Part shown: piece after piece, positions 27,759 through 38,102 of the stretch | Layout: each line of letters begins with the position of its first letter | Position numbering within the stretch: the first letter of the stretch is position 1 | Assembly (NCBI GenBank): GCA_022819945.1 | Contig: JAJEGI010000031.1 | Span: forward strand, 27,792-91,791 | DNA: 64,000 bases | DNA from: Candidatus Poribacteria bacterium | Lineage (GTDB): Bacteria; Poribacteria; WGA-4E; WGA-3G | Direction: 5' to 3' | Notes under the pieces: model-generated | Told to the model about the DNA's origin: nothing | What the model saw: only the letters and a program-made list of their open reading frames with translations | Database searches by the model: none | Made by a program: the position numbers and the translations under genes

Positions 27759-28245
27759 TGTGATTGCTCCTATTGAAATAGTGCTAACATAATTCAACTT
27801 GCCACCCATAACTTTTATGGTGGAAGCAATTGGCGTTGAACTTTAAGTAGCAAGTTCTGTGCCAATCTGAGCAATACTATACTGACGGAGTTTTCTACAA
27901 AACGTAAAGAAGGCACTACACAAAATAGGGCATCCTTTAGACGCTACTGTAAGAAGGCATCAAGGAGCAGATTGAAATTATTGGACATTATCGGACATTT
28001 ATTGGACAATTGAATGTCTCTGCTGAGGCTACCTATAATCCTTTAGGTAACAACCTGGGCTTTGTTAGAATAATACCATATTGCGCAGAATTTGTCAAAA
28101 AAGACAGCGTGGATTGCATTAATTTTCCGTTGATGATTTTGATTGTATATGCTATGGTATTAACACATTTTTCAAGGAGGTAAGTCCATTCTCTTCGCGG
28201 CAAAATCCTGCCTTGTCAGGTATCCGAAGTTTGGACAAAATAGAT

Positions 28246-29268
28246 ATGGAAGTAGCAGCAATGTTTGGTGATCAAAAAGGCGGCGTAGTTGAGAAACCGG
28301 ATCCTAAGGCAGCAGGGGATGTCGCTGTCGTCAAAATCCATGCCGTCCCGATGTGTACGGAGTATAAAGGGTTCATACATGGTGGCACGGGTGAAAGTTT
28401 TGGCCACGAAGCCGCTGGCGAAGTCGTCGAAGTCGCACAACCCGGTCGTGTCCAAGTAGGGGACCGTGTAGTGGTGCAACCACAGAACGCCTGTGGTAAA
28501 TGTCAGATGTGTGTCATCGGTGAACATATCCACTGTATGAGAGGTCGTCGTCCAAGTATAGGGGAACTTGTCGGCACAGATGTGGCTTCGGCAACCTATG
28601 CACAGTATATGCACAAAATGGAAGATATGTTATTTCCAATTCCAGAGGGTGTCAGTTATGAACACGCTGGAATGGCATGTTGTGGACTCGGACCGACGTT
28701 TGGCGCGATGGAGCAGATGCAAGTCAATTCGTTGGATACCGTCATGGTTACCGGCTTAGGTCCCGTCGGGTTAGGTGGAATTATCAATGCCCATTATCGT
28801 GGTGCACGTGTCATCGGTGTAGAGAGTCACCCCTATCGTGCTGAACTCGCGAAAAAGTTAGGCGCGGAAGCCGTCTTGAACCCAAATGACGAAGATATTC
28901 TCGATCAAATTCAGGATTTAACAGACGGTGTTGGGATCGACAAAGCCGTGGACTGCTCAGGCGCATCGGCGGCACATCGGTTGATGGTCGATGCAGCCCA
29001 AAGAAAAGGGCAGGTTACTTTCGTCGGGGAAGGCGGCGAATTTCCGCTTGCAGCGAGTCGGGACATGATTCGGAAAGGCTTAGTCCTACGCGGGAATTGG
29101 CACTACAATCTCGGTGTTTATCCGAAATTAATGCAGGTCATCCAAAGTTCACCTGAAGTTTTAGACACATTTATCACGCACACTTTCCCGATGCGTGATG
29201 TACAGAAGGCGTGGGAACTACAGGCGACCGGAGAATGTGGTAAAGTCATATTGCATCCGTGGGAGTAG
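28246..29268 (+). CDS. Zinc-binding medium-chain alcohol dehydrogenase family protein
   Basis: GHEAAGEVVEV, structural-zinc Cys cluster CGKCQMCVIGEHIHC, and Rossmann VTGLGPVGLGG. Confidence 0.85.
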   Translation: MEVAAMFGDQKGGVVEKPDPKAAGDVAVVKIHAVPMCTEYKGFIHGGTGESFGHEAAGEVVEVAQPGRVQVGDRVVVQPQNACGKCQMCVIGEHIHCMRGRRPSIGELVGTDVASATYAQYMHKMEDMLFPIPEGVSYEHAGMACCGLGPTFGAMEQMQVNSLDTVMVTGLGPVGLGGIINAHYRGARVIGVESHPYRAELAKKLGAEAVLNPNDEDILDQIQDLTDGVGIDKAVDCSGASAAHRLMVDAAQRKGQVTFVGEGGEFPLAASRDMIRKGLVLRGNWHYNLGVYPKLMQVIQSSPEVLDTFITHTFPMRDVQKAWELQATGECGKVILHPWE

Positions 29269-29302
29269 TCGATTCTCAGAGGGTTGCGTCTTAGAGACGA
29301 CG

Positions 29303-29454
29303 GAGTTTATAGTAAAATCCGAAAATAAATTTACAGTTCATCAAGGAACAAATACCCTACCACCGCCGGCGAGGGAGTTTTTGCTGGGTGTTTCTTCTTA
29401 GTATCCTCGCCATTTTTTCAGTGTATAGGTAATTACGGGTTTTACTATAAATTC
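29303..29454. mobile_element. MITE-like element B (152 bp), same family as 8146..8272
   Basis: TIRs GAGTTTATAGTAAAATCC (29303..29320) and the reverse complement of 29437..29454 match 16/18. Interior hairpin GGCGAGG...CCTCGCC is followed by ATTTTTT, and the sub-terminal GTAATTA block is shared with element A. Confidence 0.6.
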
Positions 29455-29464
29455 AGAATGTTAT

Positions 29465-30043
29465 TCAAGCGTCAATTCCATAGGTTCTCTCGTATGCTGC
29501 GCGTGTGATTTCAAAGTCCAACATCTTTCCGTCGTCCACTTCTCTTGACACAGTTAGTCCAAGCGACCGCCACAACGCTTGTGAGCGGATGTTATCCACA
29601 GGCACATCCACTGGACAGAACCGATCGATTTTCAGCTTTCCAAACGCATGTGCCATCAAGCGCCGCACGACCTCTTTGCCATAGCCTTTACCCCACAAGG
29701 TTTTGTCCCAAATCCCGATGGGGAGACGCATGATTTTTTCGCCTTCAATTTTCGCCCGATCCAAATTCATCCACTGCAAACAAACCTCACCAATAGTGCG
29801 TCCACTCGCCTTTTCCACAATTGCAAACAGAAATCCGCTATCCCTCATGAATTTACCCGCCTTTTTGAGATACTCCTTTGTTATCGGTTTGTCAGGTGGT
29901 GAGTCCTCAATTGCATTTAGGAATTCAGGGTCTCTGTAAAACTGGACTGCGGTATCAAAATCGGTATCCTTAAAGGGCCGCAGTTTCAGACGTTCAGTCT
30001 CTAAGTGAATATTGTGGCATGCAAAGTTCCCTGTTTGTATCAT
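29465..30043 (-). CDS. GNAT family N-acetyltransferase (RimJ/RimL-like)
   Basis: LETERLKLRPF opening and WGKGYGKEVVRRLMAHAF motif A. Start at the internal ATG 30043. Confidence 0.8.
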   Translation of the reverse strand: MIQTGNFACHNIHLETERLKLRPFKDTDFDTAVQFYRDPEFLNAIEDSPPDKPITKEYLKKAGKFMRDSGFLFAIVEKASGRTIGEVCLQWMNLDRAKIEGEKIMRLPIGIWDKTLWGKGYGKEVVRRLMAHAFGKLKIDRFCPVDVPVDNIRSQALWRSLGLTVSREVDDGKMLDFEITRAAYERTYGIDA

Positions 30044-30399
30044 ATCTATGAATTCCCTTAAATTTTGGAAATATGCTTCGTTTTGATATCCACAGTTACA
30101 GCCGAGTTGAGTGTGGAATGTCAAAACCGAATGCACGTATGATATTCAGAAGGTTGAACGAGGTTAAAAGTCTAATACGGGGGGCCTTAACGCACCTCAA
30201 ATCCAATATGCCGCCGTATGAATTTAAAAAAAGGCGTAAACCCAACTTCATAATACGACATAAGAGGTGTTAAGTTTCACTGAGTATCGCTTTAATGTGT
30301 AGAAATAAAAGGATATTCTTCAGTAATTTTGGGGTTTGCACTGGCACCTGTTCAACCGAACCGACATATACATGAATCCTACGCTTTGATGGGCCCACA

Positions 30400-32553
30400 C
30401 TATAAACTGAAAAGGTAGGTAAATTTACTCAACACTGTCCAATTGTGTGCTTGGAAACCGTCGGATGTATCCCACGACTGATCGTATACGAGGTAAAAAT
30501 CGCTTCCCGGACGATAGATGTAATTAAGCAAGAAATTCGCGCTTGCCCGTTCCGCATTATCGTTCCATTGCGTGTACAGTTTGGTAAAGAAACGGGTATT
30601 TAGGGCATAACTCACACGTGCTCCGACAACGTTTGTCGTGAACAGATCCGTTTCGGGCAGGTTAATCCAGTTGCGTTGGTATCGTGTCTCAATCGCGAGT
30701 TGATAAGTCATCCGCCACTGACTGTCAATGTTAACACTCACGCGATTGCCGTGAAAATAATCGGCATAATCCACACCACTGAATACAGCAAACGGACGGC
30801 TGCTTTCGGTGAAAACATTTAACCTAACTTCGTTCATCTCGTAGGCACCAACCGGAATTTCAGCGTCACCGATATTGAAGGATTCATCAACACGGTCAAA
30901 AGACCGTCGGAAATCAAGATTGATCCCATCGTCGGAGTCCCAAATTATATCTCCTGCGATCCCCACGTCCCAACCGATGAGCCTATTATCGTGATCCAGT
31001 AAATAACTGCCGGAGAAGCCCGCTCCGACATCTCGTATACCGTACCGGCTGACTTGAACTTCGTAATTGGTGTTCAACACCAGTGAGCGGATATCCCTCC
31101 GATGCATGAACCCCATTTTACTCGTGAATTCGGAACCGATGTCGAGGTAGGAAGCATTAACGCGAAAATGCTTGTTTCGCCAGTTATTTGAGAAGTACCA
31201 CGCCATATCGCGTTCTTCTGGATCTGGCGACCAACTTCCAACTGTCATCGCTCGTATCCGCCACTGATCGTGTGGTCGAAAAAACAGGTCTATCCCGCCG
31301 TTGCGATGGTAGTCGCTACCGAAGTCGCCTTGCCGATTGGTGAGAATGAAACCGACGGTTGAATCGCTAAGAATATCACGTTGCATTCTTAGCACAGAGA
31401 AGTTCGTCATAGGAATTTCCCCGGAAGCAGCGGTCGTCATGTTGAGCGCACCTACACTGTAAGCACCGACCTTTCCCGTCAGTTTACCGCCACCGAGCAG
31501 CCGGACCTCCCTTTCATCTTCAATCCCAATGCTACGACTATAGAAAATCGACAACGGCGGTGGCCCGAAACCTCCGATACCTGCACCAAAGGCAAATAGT
31601 CCACTACCCTCAAGAAAAAAATCACGCCGCTCTGGAAAATAAAGACTAAATCGTGTGAGGTTGACCTCTTCCTGGTCCGCTTCCACTTGTGCGAAATCGG
31701 TGTTCAGTGTTAAGTCCAACGTTAGATTCGACGTGATACCGTATTTCATATCCAGTCCAGCATCGCGTTCAGTGGTCCGCTGCCAGTCTCCATCTTCGAA
31801 ATTCCTCGCCAAACCGCCGAGGAGATACGGTTTAACATCAAAATAGGATGGCGACACGATACCTTGTAACCCTGTGAGTTTACCTTGATATATCGGATGA
31901 TATGTCCCTGGCCAACTCTGACTTCGCGGCACCTGAATCCACTGCGTTGTTTCGTTCGTACGTTGAATATTACGTCCAAAATTCACACCCCACACCATCG
32001 AATCTTTCTTCTTAAACCGGAGTTGATTAAACGGAATCGCAATTTCGACTGTCCACCCTTTTTCGTGTTGCCGTCCCGCAGCTTCCCAGATACAGTCCCA
32101 ACTTCCGTTGAGGTTTTCGCCGCCATCAGTGACAGCAGTGTCTGACAGCGCGCCGAGTGCATTCGTCCGAAAGAAGAAGCATTGTCGCTTATCACCATAA
32201 GTATCAAGCATGATATAAACGTTGTCGTTTTGCCAGAGCATCCCGTCGCGCCGCATTTCGTTCGCAACAATCTTATCAGGTTCGGAGTCGTAACACTCAA
32301 ACCCAATATACAGCCTTTCCGTGTCGTACAACACGCGAACCTCTGTACGTTCGGTACTCGGTTGTCCTTCATCAGGGGATTGTTGGGTAAAATCGTCAAT
32401 AACTTCTGCCTGTGCCCAATCTGCCTCGTTGAGATGTCCGTCAATCTCGATTGCTTCTTGGGTGAACAAGGGCCTGATTTCTTTCCTGACTTCGGCATTC
32501 AGGTCCACTGCAGCAATCGTTGCGAATATCAAAAGAACGACTCCGTAACGCAT
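30400..32553 (-). CDS. DUF5916 / CBM9-like domain outer-membrane-type protein
   Basis: Signal peptide and N-terminal IDGHLNEADWAQAEVIDDFTQQSPDEGQPSTERTEVRVLYDTERLYIGFECYD, typical of the CBM9-like/DUF5916 family. The long beta-rich C-terminal region ends in an aromatic-rich strand (FTYLFSL). Confidence 0.65.
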   Translation of the reverse strand: MRYGVVLLIFATIAAVDLNAEVRKEIRPLFTQEAIEIDGHLNEADWAQAEVIDDFTQQSPDEGQPSTERTEVRVLYDTERLYIGFECYDSEPDKIVANEMRRDGMLWQNDNVYIMLDTYGDKRQCFFFRTNALGALSDTAVTDGGENLNGSWDCIWEAAGRQHEKGWTVEIAIPFNQLRFKKKDSMVWGVNFGRNIQRTNETTQWIQVPRSQSWPGTYHPIYQGKLTGLQGIVSPSYFDVKPYLLGGLARNFEDGDWQRTTERDAGLDMKYGITSNLTLDLTLNTDFAQVEADQEEVNLTRFSLYFPERRDFFLEGSGLFAFGAGIGGFGPPPLSIFYSRSIGIEDEREVRLLGGGKLTGKVGAYSVGALNMTTAASGEIPMTNFSVLRMQRDILSDSTVGFILTNRQGDFGSDYHRNGGIDLFFRPHDQWRIRAMTVGSWSPDPEERDMAWYFSNNWRNKHFRVNASYLDIGSEFTSKMGFMHRRDIRSLVLNTNYEVQVSRYGIRDVGAGFSGSYLLDHDNRLIGWDVGIAGDIIWDSDDGINLDFRRSFDRVDESFNIGDAEIPVGAYEMNEVRLNVFTESSRPFAVFSGVDYADYFHGNRVSVNIDSQWRMTYQLAIETRYQRNWINLPETDLFTTNVVGARVSYALNTRFFTKLYTQWNDNAERASANFLLNYIYRPGSDFYLVYDQSWDTSDGFQAHNWTVLSKFTYLFSL

Positions 32554-32948
32554 CTTTTTTCCTCATTTAAGGTTTTGCTTGCTTAAATTGTCGATTAAAA
32601 AAGAAACACCCTCGCCGAGACCGTATTTTGTGACGTTCAGCAATGGGCGTTGTATTATATAACTCAGAAAACGTTTTATTCTTCAATTATTCGCCCACCA
32701 CTGCACGGTACATGGCAATACCAACCAGCACGGCACCAAGACCGATGAACGCGCAGCGGCAATTTTTATGTATCAGTGTGATAGACGAAAAATAAAACAT
32801 CCGAGAGTCCTGTTTAGAATTCATGTATGTTAAGTATTATAATATATCTTAGGGGCGATGTCAAATCTTTCTTCAAGAAAAGCAAATCAGTTCACAACTA
32901 AAGATGAGAATGAAACAACGGCATCTCGGTTTTACAACTTCGGGAAAC

Positions 32949-32977
32949 TTGACGAGACAACGGATGTAGGATATAAT
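32949..32977 (+). promoter_or_regulatory. Candidate sigma-70 promoter (TTGACG, 17-nt spacer, TATAAT)
   Basis: TTGACG at 32949-32954 and TATAAT at 32972-32977, 55 nt upstream of ATG 33032. Confidence 0.55.
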
Positions 32978-33031
32978 AAATAGTAACATCTGCTAAAATC
33001 AAGATAGAAAAATAAAGAGAGGTATCTTTTC

Positions 33032-34216
33032 ATGAAAGATTTGATAGCGCGAAGGCTCATTTTTAGTGTGTTTATGACACTCATGTTAGCATTTAGCATC
33101 CAAAGCATTACCGAGGCACAGGTTCCTGAGATTATCGTTCCCCAAAAGATAGAACCGCAAACGTCGGAATCGTCCCACGAAGATGATACCGTTTCAATAG
33201 CGACACGGTTCGATATCGCCATCAGTGAGATTATGTACGCCACCAACCCCGACAAACTTCCGCAGTGGATTGAACTCCACACCAGAAGTGAACGGAAAAT
33301 CAGCCTTGAAGGATGGGAAGTTACAATTAAGAACCATCCGGAAGATAAGTCCGTACTCGCCACCACGGTCACCTTCACTTTAGGCGCGAAGGTCCTTGAT
33401 AGAAACCAAGTGCTGCTACTCGTGACTGAGCAGGGACCCAACTCAGGCGTTGGCACTGCAAAAGGAGACATCCCAGCAGACCATGCTATCATCCTAAAAG
33501 ACCTTATTGGCGGCACACCCGGCTATCGCCTCTTGAGCCAAACCGCCTTCAAAATCACTCTCAAGGCACCTGTTGGAAAGAAAACCTCTCGCAAGGTGGT
33601 AAGCGACACCGCGGGCAACCTCGAAGCAGTGCCCGAATGGAAACTTCCGCTTATTGAGGGAAACCAACGGAGTTCTATTACCCGAGCGTATGAAGGTATC
33701 AACGCAACGGGAGAGCCGTATGATGGTGATGGCACGGCAGCAGACGGATGGGAACTTACCGGCAAAAAAGGTACCCAGTATATAACACGGCATACCACCT
33801 ACTACGGGCACAGCAGCGATCATGGCACGCCGGGGTATCGTACGCGTGAACCTTTACTTGTGGGTCCCTCACATTTGCTTGTGAAACTCTCGAAGTTTCG
33901 TCCCGAGCGAAAAAAATCCACCGGTGAAGTCGTTATCAAATGGATAACCGAAGCTGAGATGAACAACGCAGGCTTCCACATCAAACGAAGCAGCACCAGA
34001 GACGGTGAGTTCAAGATCATCGCCATGATCCCCGGCGCAGGCACAACCGACAAAAGGCAGATCTATACCTACACCGACAAGACCGCAAAACCGAATGTCG
34101 TCTACTATTACCAGATTGAATGTGTTTCCATAGATGGCACCCGTCAAATACTCCGCAGGACCCACCTCAGAGGGTCTATTGTTCCTAAAAGCCGAGGAGG
34201 TCCCTTGATCTTGTAA
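33032..34216 (+). CDS. Secreted lamin-tail-domain (LTD) protein
   Basis: Signal peptide and ISEIMYATNPDKLPQWIELHTRSERKISLEGWEVTI, which is the LTD signature (NEIMY...EWIEL.N....L.GW). C-terminal beta-sandwich-like block GFHIKRS..YTYTD..YYYQIE. Confidence 0.65.
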   Translation: MKDLIARRLIFSVFMTLMLAFSIQSITEAQVPEIIVPQKIEPQTSESSHEDDTVSIATRFDIAISEIMYATNPDKLPQWIELHTRSERKISLEGWEVTIKNHPEDKSVLATTVTFTLGAKVLDRNQVLLLVTEQGPNSGVGTAKGDIPADHAIILKDLIGGTPGYRLLSQTAFKITLKAPVGKKTSRKVVSDTAGNLEAVPEWKLPLIEGNQRSSITRAYEGINATGEPYDGDGTAADGWELTGKKGTQYITRHTTYYGHSSDHGTPGYRTREPLLVGPSHLLVKLSKFRPERKKSTGEVVIKWITEAEMNNAGFHIKRSSTRDGEFKIIAMIPGAGTTDKRQIYTYTDKTAKPNVVYYYQIECVSIDGTRQILRRTHLRGSIVPKSRGGPLIL

Positions 34217-34329
34217 TAAAACGAGTAGATATCCAAACTGTACGCCTCCTAATGTGCTTCTAACACTATACCTATGGTGAAATATATCTATAGCAGTATC
34301 CTTCCCTTTATCTTCTAAGGTTCCATTGT

Positions 34330-35886
34330 ATGAAAGCGAGCAGAATATCTTTACTCAGTTTGCTAACTATAGTAGTTCTGTTTTCATGCGCGCGATCTCC
34401 CCAACAGGTTGCTGAAGGTCCCGTGGTCGGTTCAACACTTGAAGCAGGAAGCCGTTTTACTGTCGTCCGTGTAGAAGGTAGACATGGGGCTGCGAGCGGA
34501 TTTTTTGTGGAACCTGATAAAATCGCAACGAATATTCACGTCGTCGCGCACCCTGGCCCCATCTTCATAAAATCCGCTGACAAAAAGAAAATCTGGACTG
34601 TAGAAGGTGTCACGGCGTTTGATGTGAAAAATGATCTCGCTATCTTAAAGATTATAGGTGAAGACGGCACCCCCTCTCTGCTTGGCGACAGCGATGCTGT
34701 TACGGTAGGGGACCCGGTTAGTACCACAGGTTACCCGGGTGGAGCGTATAAGGTTACGAAGGGGGTCATCCATCGTGTACGCAATAACGATAAATGGATC
34801 CAGATGGAAATCGCGCTTTCGGGTGGCAGCAGCGGCAGCCCTGTACAAGACAGTAAAGGTCAGATTATAGGGATCGTTTCTGCTGTAGAAGCCCCCTACA
34901 GTTATGTCATCCCGTCAAACGCGCTACGGACATTGATTGCCCAATCGGGACCTGTGGAGCCTTTGACACAATGGCGTAAACGAGCACCTATTCGTGCCTA
35001 TATATACTCCGTTCGCGGGCAACGTAAATACAATGCAAATCACCATGACGATGCCATAGCAGATTTTGATAAAGCCATTAAACTGTACCCGCAGAAGGCG
35101 GATGCCTACTACAATCGAGGGCTTGCGAAATTCACGATTGGAGACCTTGAATTCGCGCAAGGCAATCTGGAGGCAGCTTGGCGGCTATATGAAGCTGGTA
35201 TTGAAGATAGCACACAAGCCATCAAACTTAACCCTGAAAATGCTTATGCATACCACAATCGCGCAGGTGGAAAGTTCCGACTCGGTCAATCTAAATTAAA
35301 TCAAGGAGATACAGCAAAAGGGCAGCGGTATTATCAAGGTGCCATCCAAGATTGGACACACGTTATCGAACTCAATCCAGAGCTTGCGGATCCGTATAAC
35401 AATCGCGGAATAGCAAGGGCATCCCTGGGTGAATCTAAAGCGGAGCACGGAGACATAGCAGGTGCACAGGAATTATATGCGGCAGCGATTGAGGACTGCA
35501 CACAAACTATACGATTAAACCCGATGTATACTGAACCATACATCAATCGTGGATATGCACAATTCCGACTCGGTCAAACGAAAGCGGATCACGGAGACAT
35601 GTCAAGTGCACGGAAATTATATGCAGCCGCCGTTCAAGACTTCACCGAAGCGATACAATTGGACTCAGAGAGTGCCTATGCTTACGGTAATCGAGGTGTT
35701 GCCAAAGCGGCACTTGGTGACGCTGAAGGCGCGATAAAGGATTTTGATGCAGCGATCCGAATTAACCCAGAATACGCTGAAATCTACTACGATCGCGGGC
35801 GTGCCAAAAAGACACTTGGACAACACGAAGCGGCTAAAGCGGATTTTGAGAAGGCGAAAGCACTCAATCCGATGGTCGAAAAATGA
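34330..35886 (+). CDS. Lipoprotein: trypsin-like serine protease module + TPR array (1 module)
   Basis: Lipobox LFSC. GFFVEPDKIATNIHVV (His), KNDLAILKI (Asp), GGSSGSPV (Ser), then TPR units (AYYNRG, AYHNRAG, PYNNRG ...). Confidence 0.8.
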   Translation: MKASRISLLSLLTIVVLFSCARSPQQVAEGPVVGSTLEAGSRFTVVRVEGRHGAASGFFVEPDKIATNIHVVAHPGPIFIKSADKKKIWTVEGVTAFDVKNDLAILKIIGEDGTPSLLGDSDAVTVGDPVSTTGYPGGAYKVTKGVIHRVRNNDKWIQMEIALSGGSSGSPVQDSKGQIIGIVSAVEAPYSYVIPSNALRTLIAQSGPVEPLTQWRKRAPIRAYIYSVRGQRKYNANHHDDAIADFDKAIKLYPQKADAYYNRGLAKFTIGDLEFAQGNLEAAWRLYEAGIEDSTQAIKLNPENAYAYHNRAGGKFRLGQSKLNQGDTAKGQRYYQGAIQDWTHVIELNPELADPYNNRGIARASLGESKAEHGDIAGAQELYAAAIEDCTQTIRLNPMYTEPYINRGYAQFRLGQTKADHGDMSSARKLYAAAVQDFTEAIQLDSESAYAYGNRGVAKAALGDAEGAIKDFDAAIRINPEYAEIYYDRGRAKKTLGQHEAAKADFEKAKALNPMVEK

Positions 35887-35918
35887 ATACAGAGAATAAC
35901 ATTTAGAGGTATCCATTC

Positions 35919-38072
35919 ATGAAACAGCACAACAAATGTTTACTGGTCTTACTGGCATTAGGGATCCTGCTCTCCTGTGCGCGGGCACCCCGGCAACTGG
36001 TTTTCCAACACCCGGTCGGACTGATAGAATCCGTAAACGATTCTATCGTTTGGATTGAGAGTGAAACCGAGTCGGGTACGGGCTTCTTTGTGGCCCCTGA
36101 CAAGATTGTGACGAATACTCACCTCGTCGCATTCCCCGGCCCCATTGTCGCGAAATCCCCCGACAAGGAGACAACTTGGAAGATAGAAGGTGTTGTTGGG
36201 TTTGATGCGAAAAACAGCCTCGTTCTCCTAAAAGTTGTCGGTGAAGGCACCCTGCTGCCCTTAGCGGATAGTGATGCAGTTCAAGGCGGTGAAGCTGTCT
36301 CTATCGTGGGGTATCCCAACGGCATATACAAAGTCACAAAGGCAAATATACTATATAACATTCGGAATAGCAATGGGTGGCTCCGAATGAGAGCCACAAC
36401 TGCTCAAGAAAGCAGTGGCGGTCCCGTACTAAACTCGGAGAAACGCGTTATCGGCGTTACCATGCGGTACGGCAACGATTCCTTCGGTTATGCGATTCCT
36501 TCAAACACGCTCAAAGGGCTGCTTGCCCGGTCTATGCCTGTGGAGCCTTTAGAAGCGTGGCAGCAGCGGAAACCTGTCCGCGCCGAGGCACACTACAGTT
36601 TCGGTGAACGGAAATTCGCTGTCAAAGATTATGCCGGCGCGATCCTTGACTTTGATAAAGCGATTGAACTCAATCCTACGTATCACCGGGCCTACTACGA
36701 GCGCGGAAAAGTTCAAAGTCACCTTGGGGACATCGAATCCGCGCGGGGTGATGTAGAGAAAGCACAGCGGCTGTACCACCAAGGCATCACTAACTTCGAT
36801 AAATACCTCCAATTGAAGAACAATCCAGAGGAGGCTAATAGTCAGACAGCGGACTCGAAAGTCACAAAATCTAGAGCGTCTATAGTACTCGTAATGGGTT
36901 GGAATGGAACCTCAAGCACTTTTTTCGGTGGTAGCGGTTTCTTTGTGGACGAAGACAAGATCGCAACGAATATCCACAATGTTGCCTGGTCCGGGCCTGT
37001 TTTTGCCAAACTCAGTGACAAAAAGACCATCTGTGCAATTGAGGGTGTCACGGCGTATGATGTGGAAAACGATCTCGTCGTCCTAAAAATCGCGGGTGAA
37101 GGCACGCCGCTGCGCTTAGCGGATAGCAATACGGTTCAAAGCGGTGAACGAATCACTGCTATGGGATACCCGAACATAAAATACAAAGTCGCGCAAGGAA
37201 CTATACAGAATATTCAGAATACCGATAAATGGCTCCGCGTGAAAGTGGAACTTGGTGGTGGTAGCAGTGGGAGTCCTGTGCTAAATAGGAGTGGACAGGT
37301 TATAGGGATTAATGCTTGGGCCAGTGAGCGTTACCGGTGCGCTATCCCCTCAAATGTGTTGAAGGTGTTACTCGCCGAGACGAAACCAACGGAGCCTTTG
37401 GCAGCGTGGCGGCAGCGAGACCCTATCCGTGCCTACGCCTACCACGTTCAGGGAAAATTTAAATACGATGCAGGGCACTATCAGGAGGCGATCGCCGATT
37501 TTGATAAAGCCGTTCAGCTAAACCCTGAGACGCTCTATACCTACCACAAACGTGGGGAAGCAAAAGCTGCTCTTGGCGAACACGAAGCGGCGATAGCCGA
37601 TTTTGATAAGGCGATCCAACTTGATCCAGAATTTGCTGACTCCTACGCGCGTAAGCGTGCGGTAAAAGCTCTTAAGGAAAAAGAAGCCGCAAAAAAAGCA
37701 CGCAACCCGCGGAACCTCCCTGATTACATCACGCGTGCAAAGCAGCGGTTCAGCCTTGGCGAATTTCAAGCCGCTCGCGGAAATGCGGAAAAGTCACAAG
37801 AACTCTTGACGGCGGCAATTGAGGACTGGACACACGTCATTAAGTCCACTCCGGAGGATGCCGAAGCATATAGCAGTCGGGGCCTCGCAAAACTGATTCT
37901 CGGTGACGCGGAAGGCGCAATCACCGACTTTGATAAAGCCATTGAGATAAACCCAGAGTCTGCAGAAGCCTACTACAATCGCGGGCGATCAAAAGAGGCA
38001 CTTGGGCAACACGAAGCAGCAAAAGCAGATTTTCAAAAAGCTAAAGAACTAAATCCAAATGTTGGAAAGTAA
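35919..38072 (+). CDS. Lipoprotein: two trypsin-like protease + TPR modules
   Basis: Lipobox LLSC. Module 1 has TNTHLV / KNSLVLLK / ESSGGPV, module 2 has TNIHNV / ENDLVVLK / GGSSGSPV, each followed by TPRs. Confidence 0.8.
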   Translation: MKQHNKCLLVLLALGILLSCARAPRQLVFQHPVGLIESVNDSIVWIESETESGTGFFVAPDKIVTNTHLVAFPGPIVAKSPDKETTWKIEGVVGFDAKNSLVLLKVVGEGTLLPLADSDAVQGGEAVSIVGYPNGIYKVTKANILYNIRNSNGWLRMRATTAQESSGGPVLNSEKRVIGVTMRYGNDSFGYAIPSNTLKGLLARSMPVEPLEAWQQRKPVRAEAHYSFGERKFAVKDYAGAILDFDKAIELNPTYHRAYYERGKVQSHLGDIESARGDVEKAQRLYHQGITNFDKYLQLKNNPEEANSQTADSKVTKSRASIVLVMGWNGTSSTFFGGSGFFVDEDKIATNIHNVAWSGPVFAKLSDKKTICAIEGVTAYDVENDLVVLKIAGEGTPLRLADSNTVQSGERITAMGYPNIKYKVAQGTIQNIQNTDKWLRVKVELGGGSSGSPVLNRSGQVIGINAWASERYRCAIPSNVLKVLLAETKPTEPLAAWRQRDPIRAYAYHVQGKFKYDAGHYQEAIADFDKAVQLNPETLYTYHKRGEAKAALGEHEAAIADFDKAIQLDPEFADSYARKRAVKALKEKEAAKKARNPRNLPDYITRAKQRFSLGEFQAARGNAEKSQELLTAAIEDWTHVIKSTPEDAEAYSSRGLAKLILGDAEGAITDFDKAIEINPESAEAYYNRGRSKEALGQHEAAKADFQKAKELNPNVGK

Positions 38073-38102
38073 CTGTGAATAATAAGTGGGAGGCAACGAT
38101 TG

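Noticed and set aside
32932-33516. 194-aa minus-strand ORF overlapping the LTD gene start.
   Set aside because: The plus-strand gene has a promoter, RBS, signal peptide and LTD motif. The antisense ORF has none of these.
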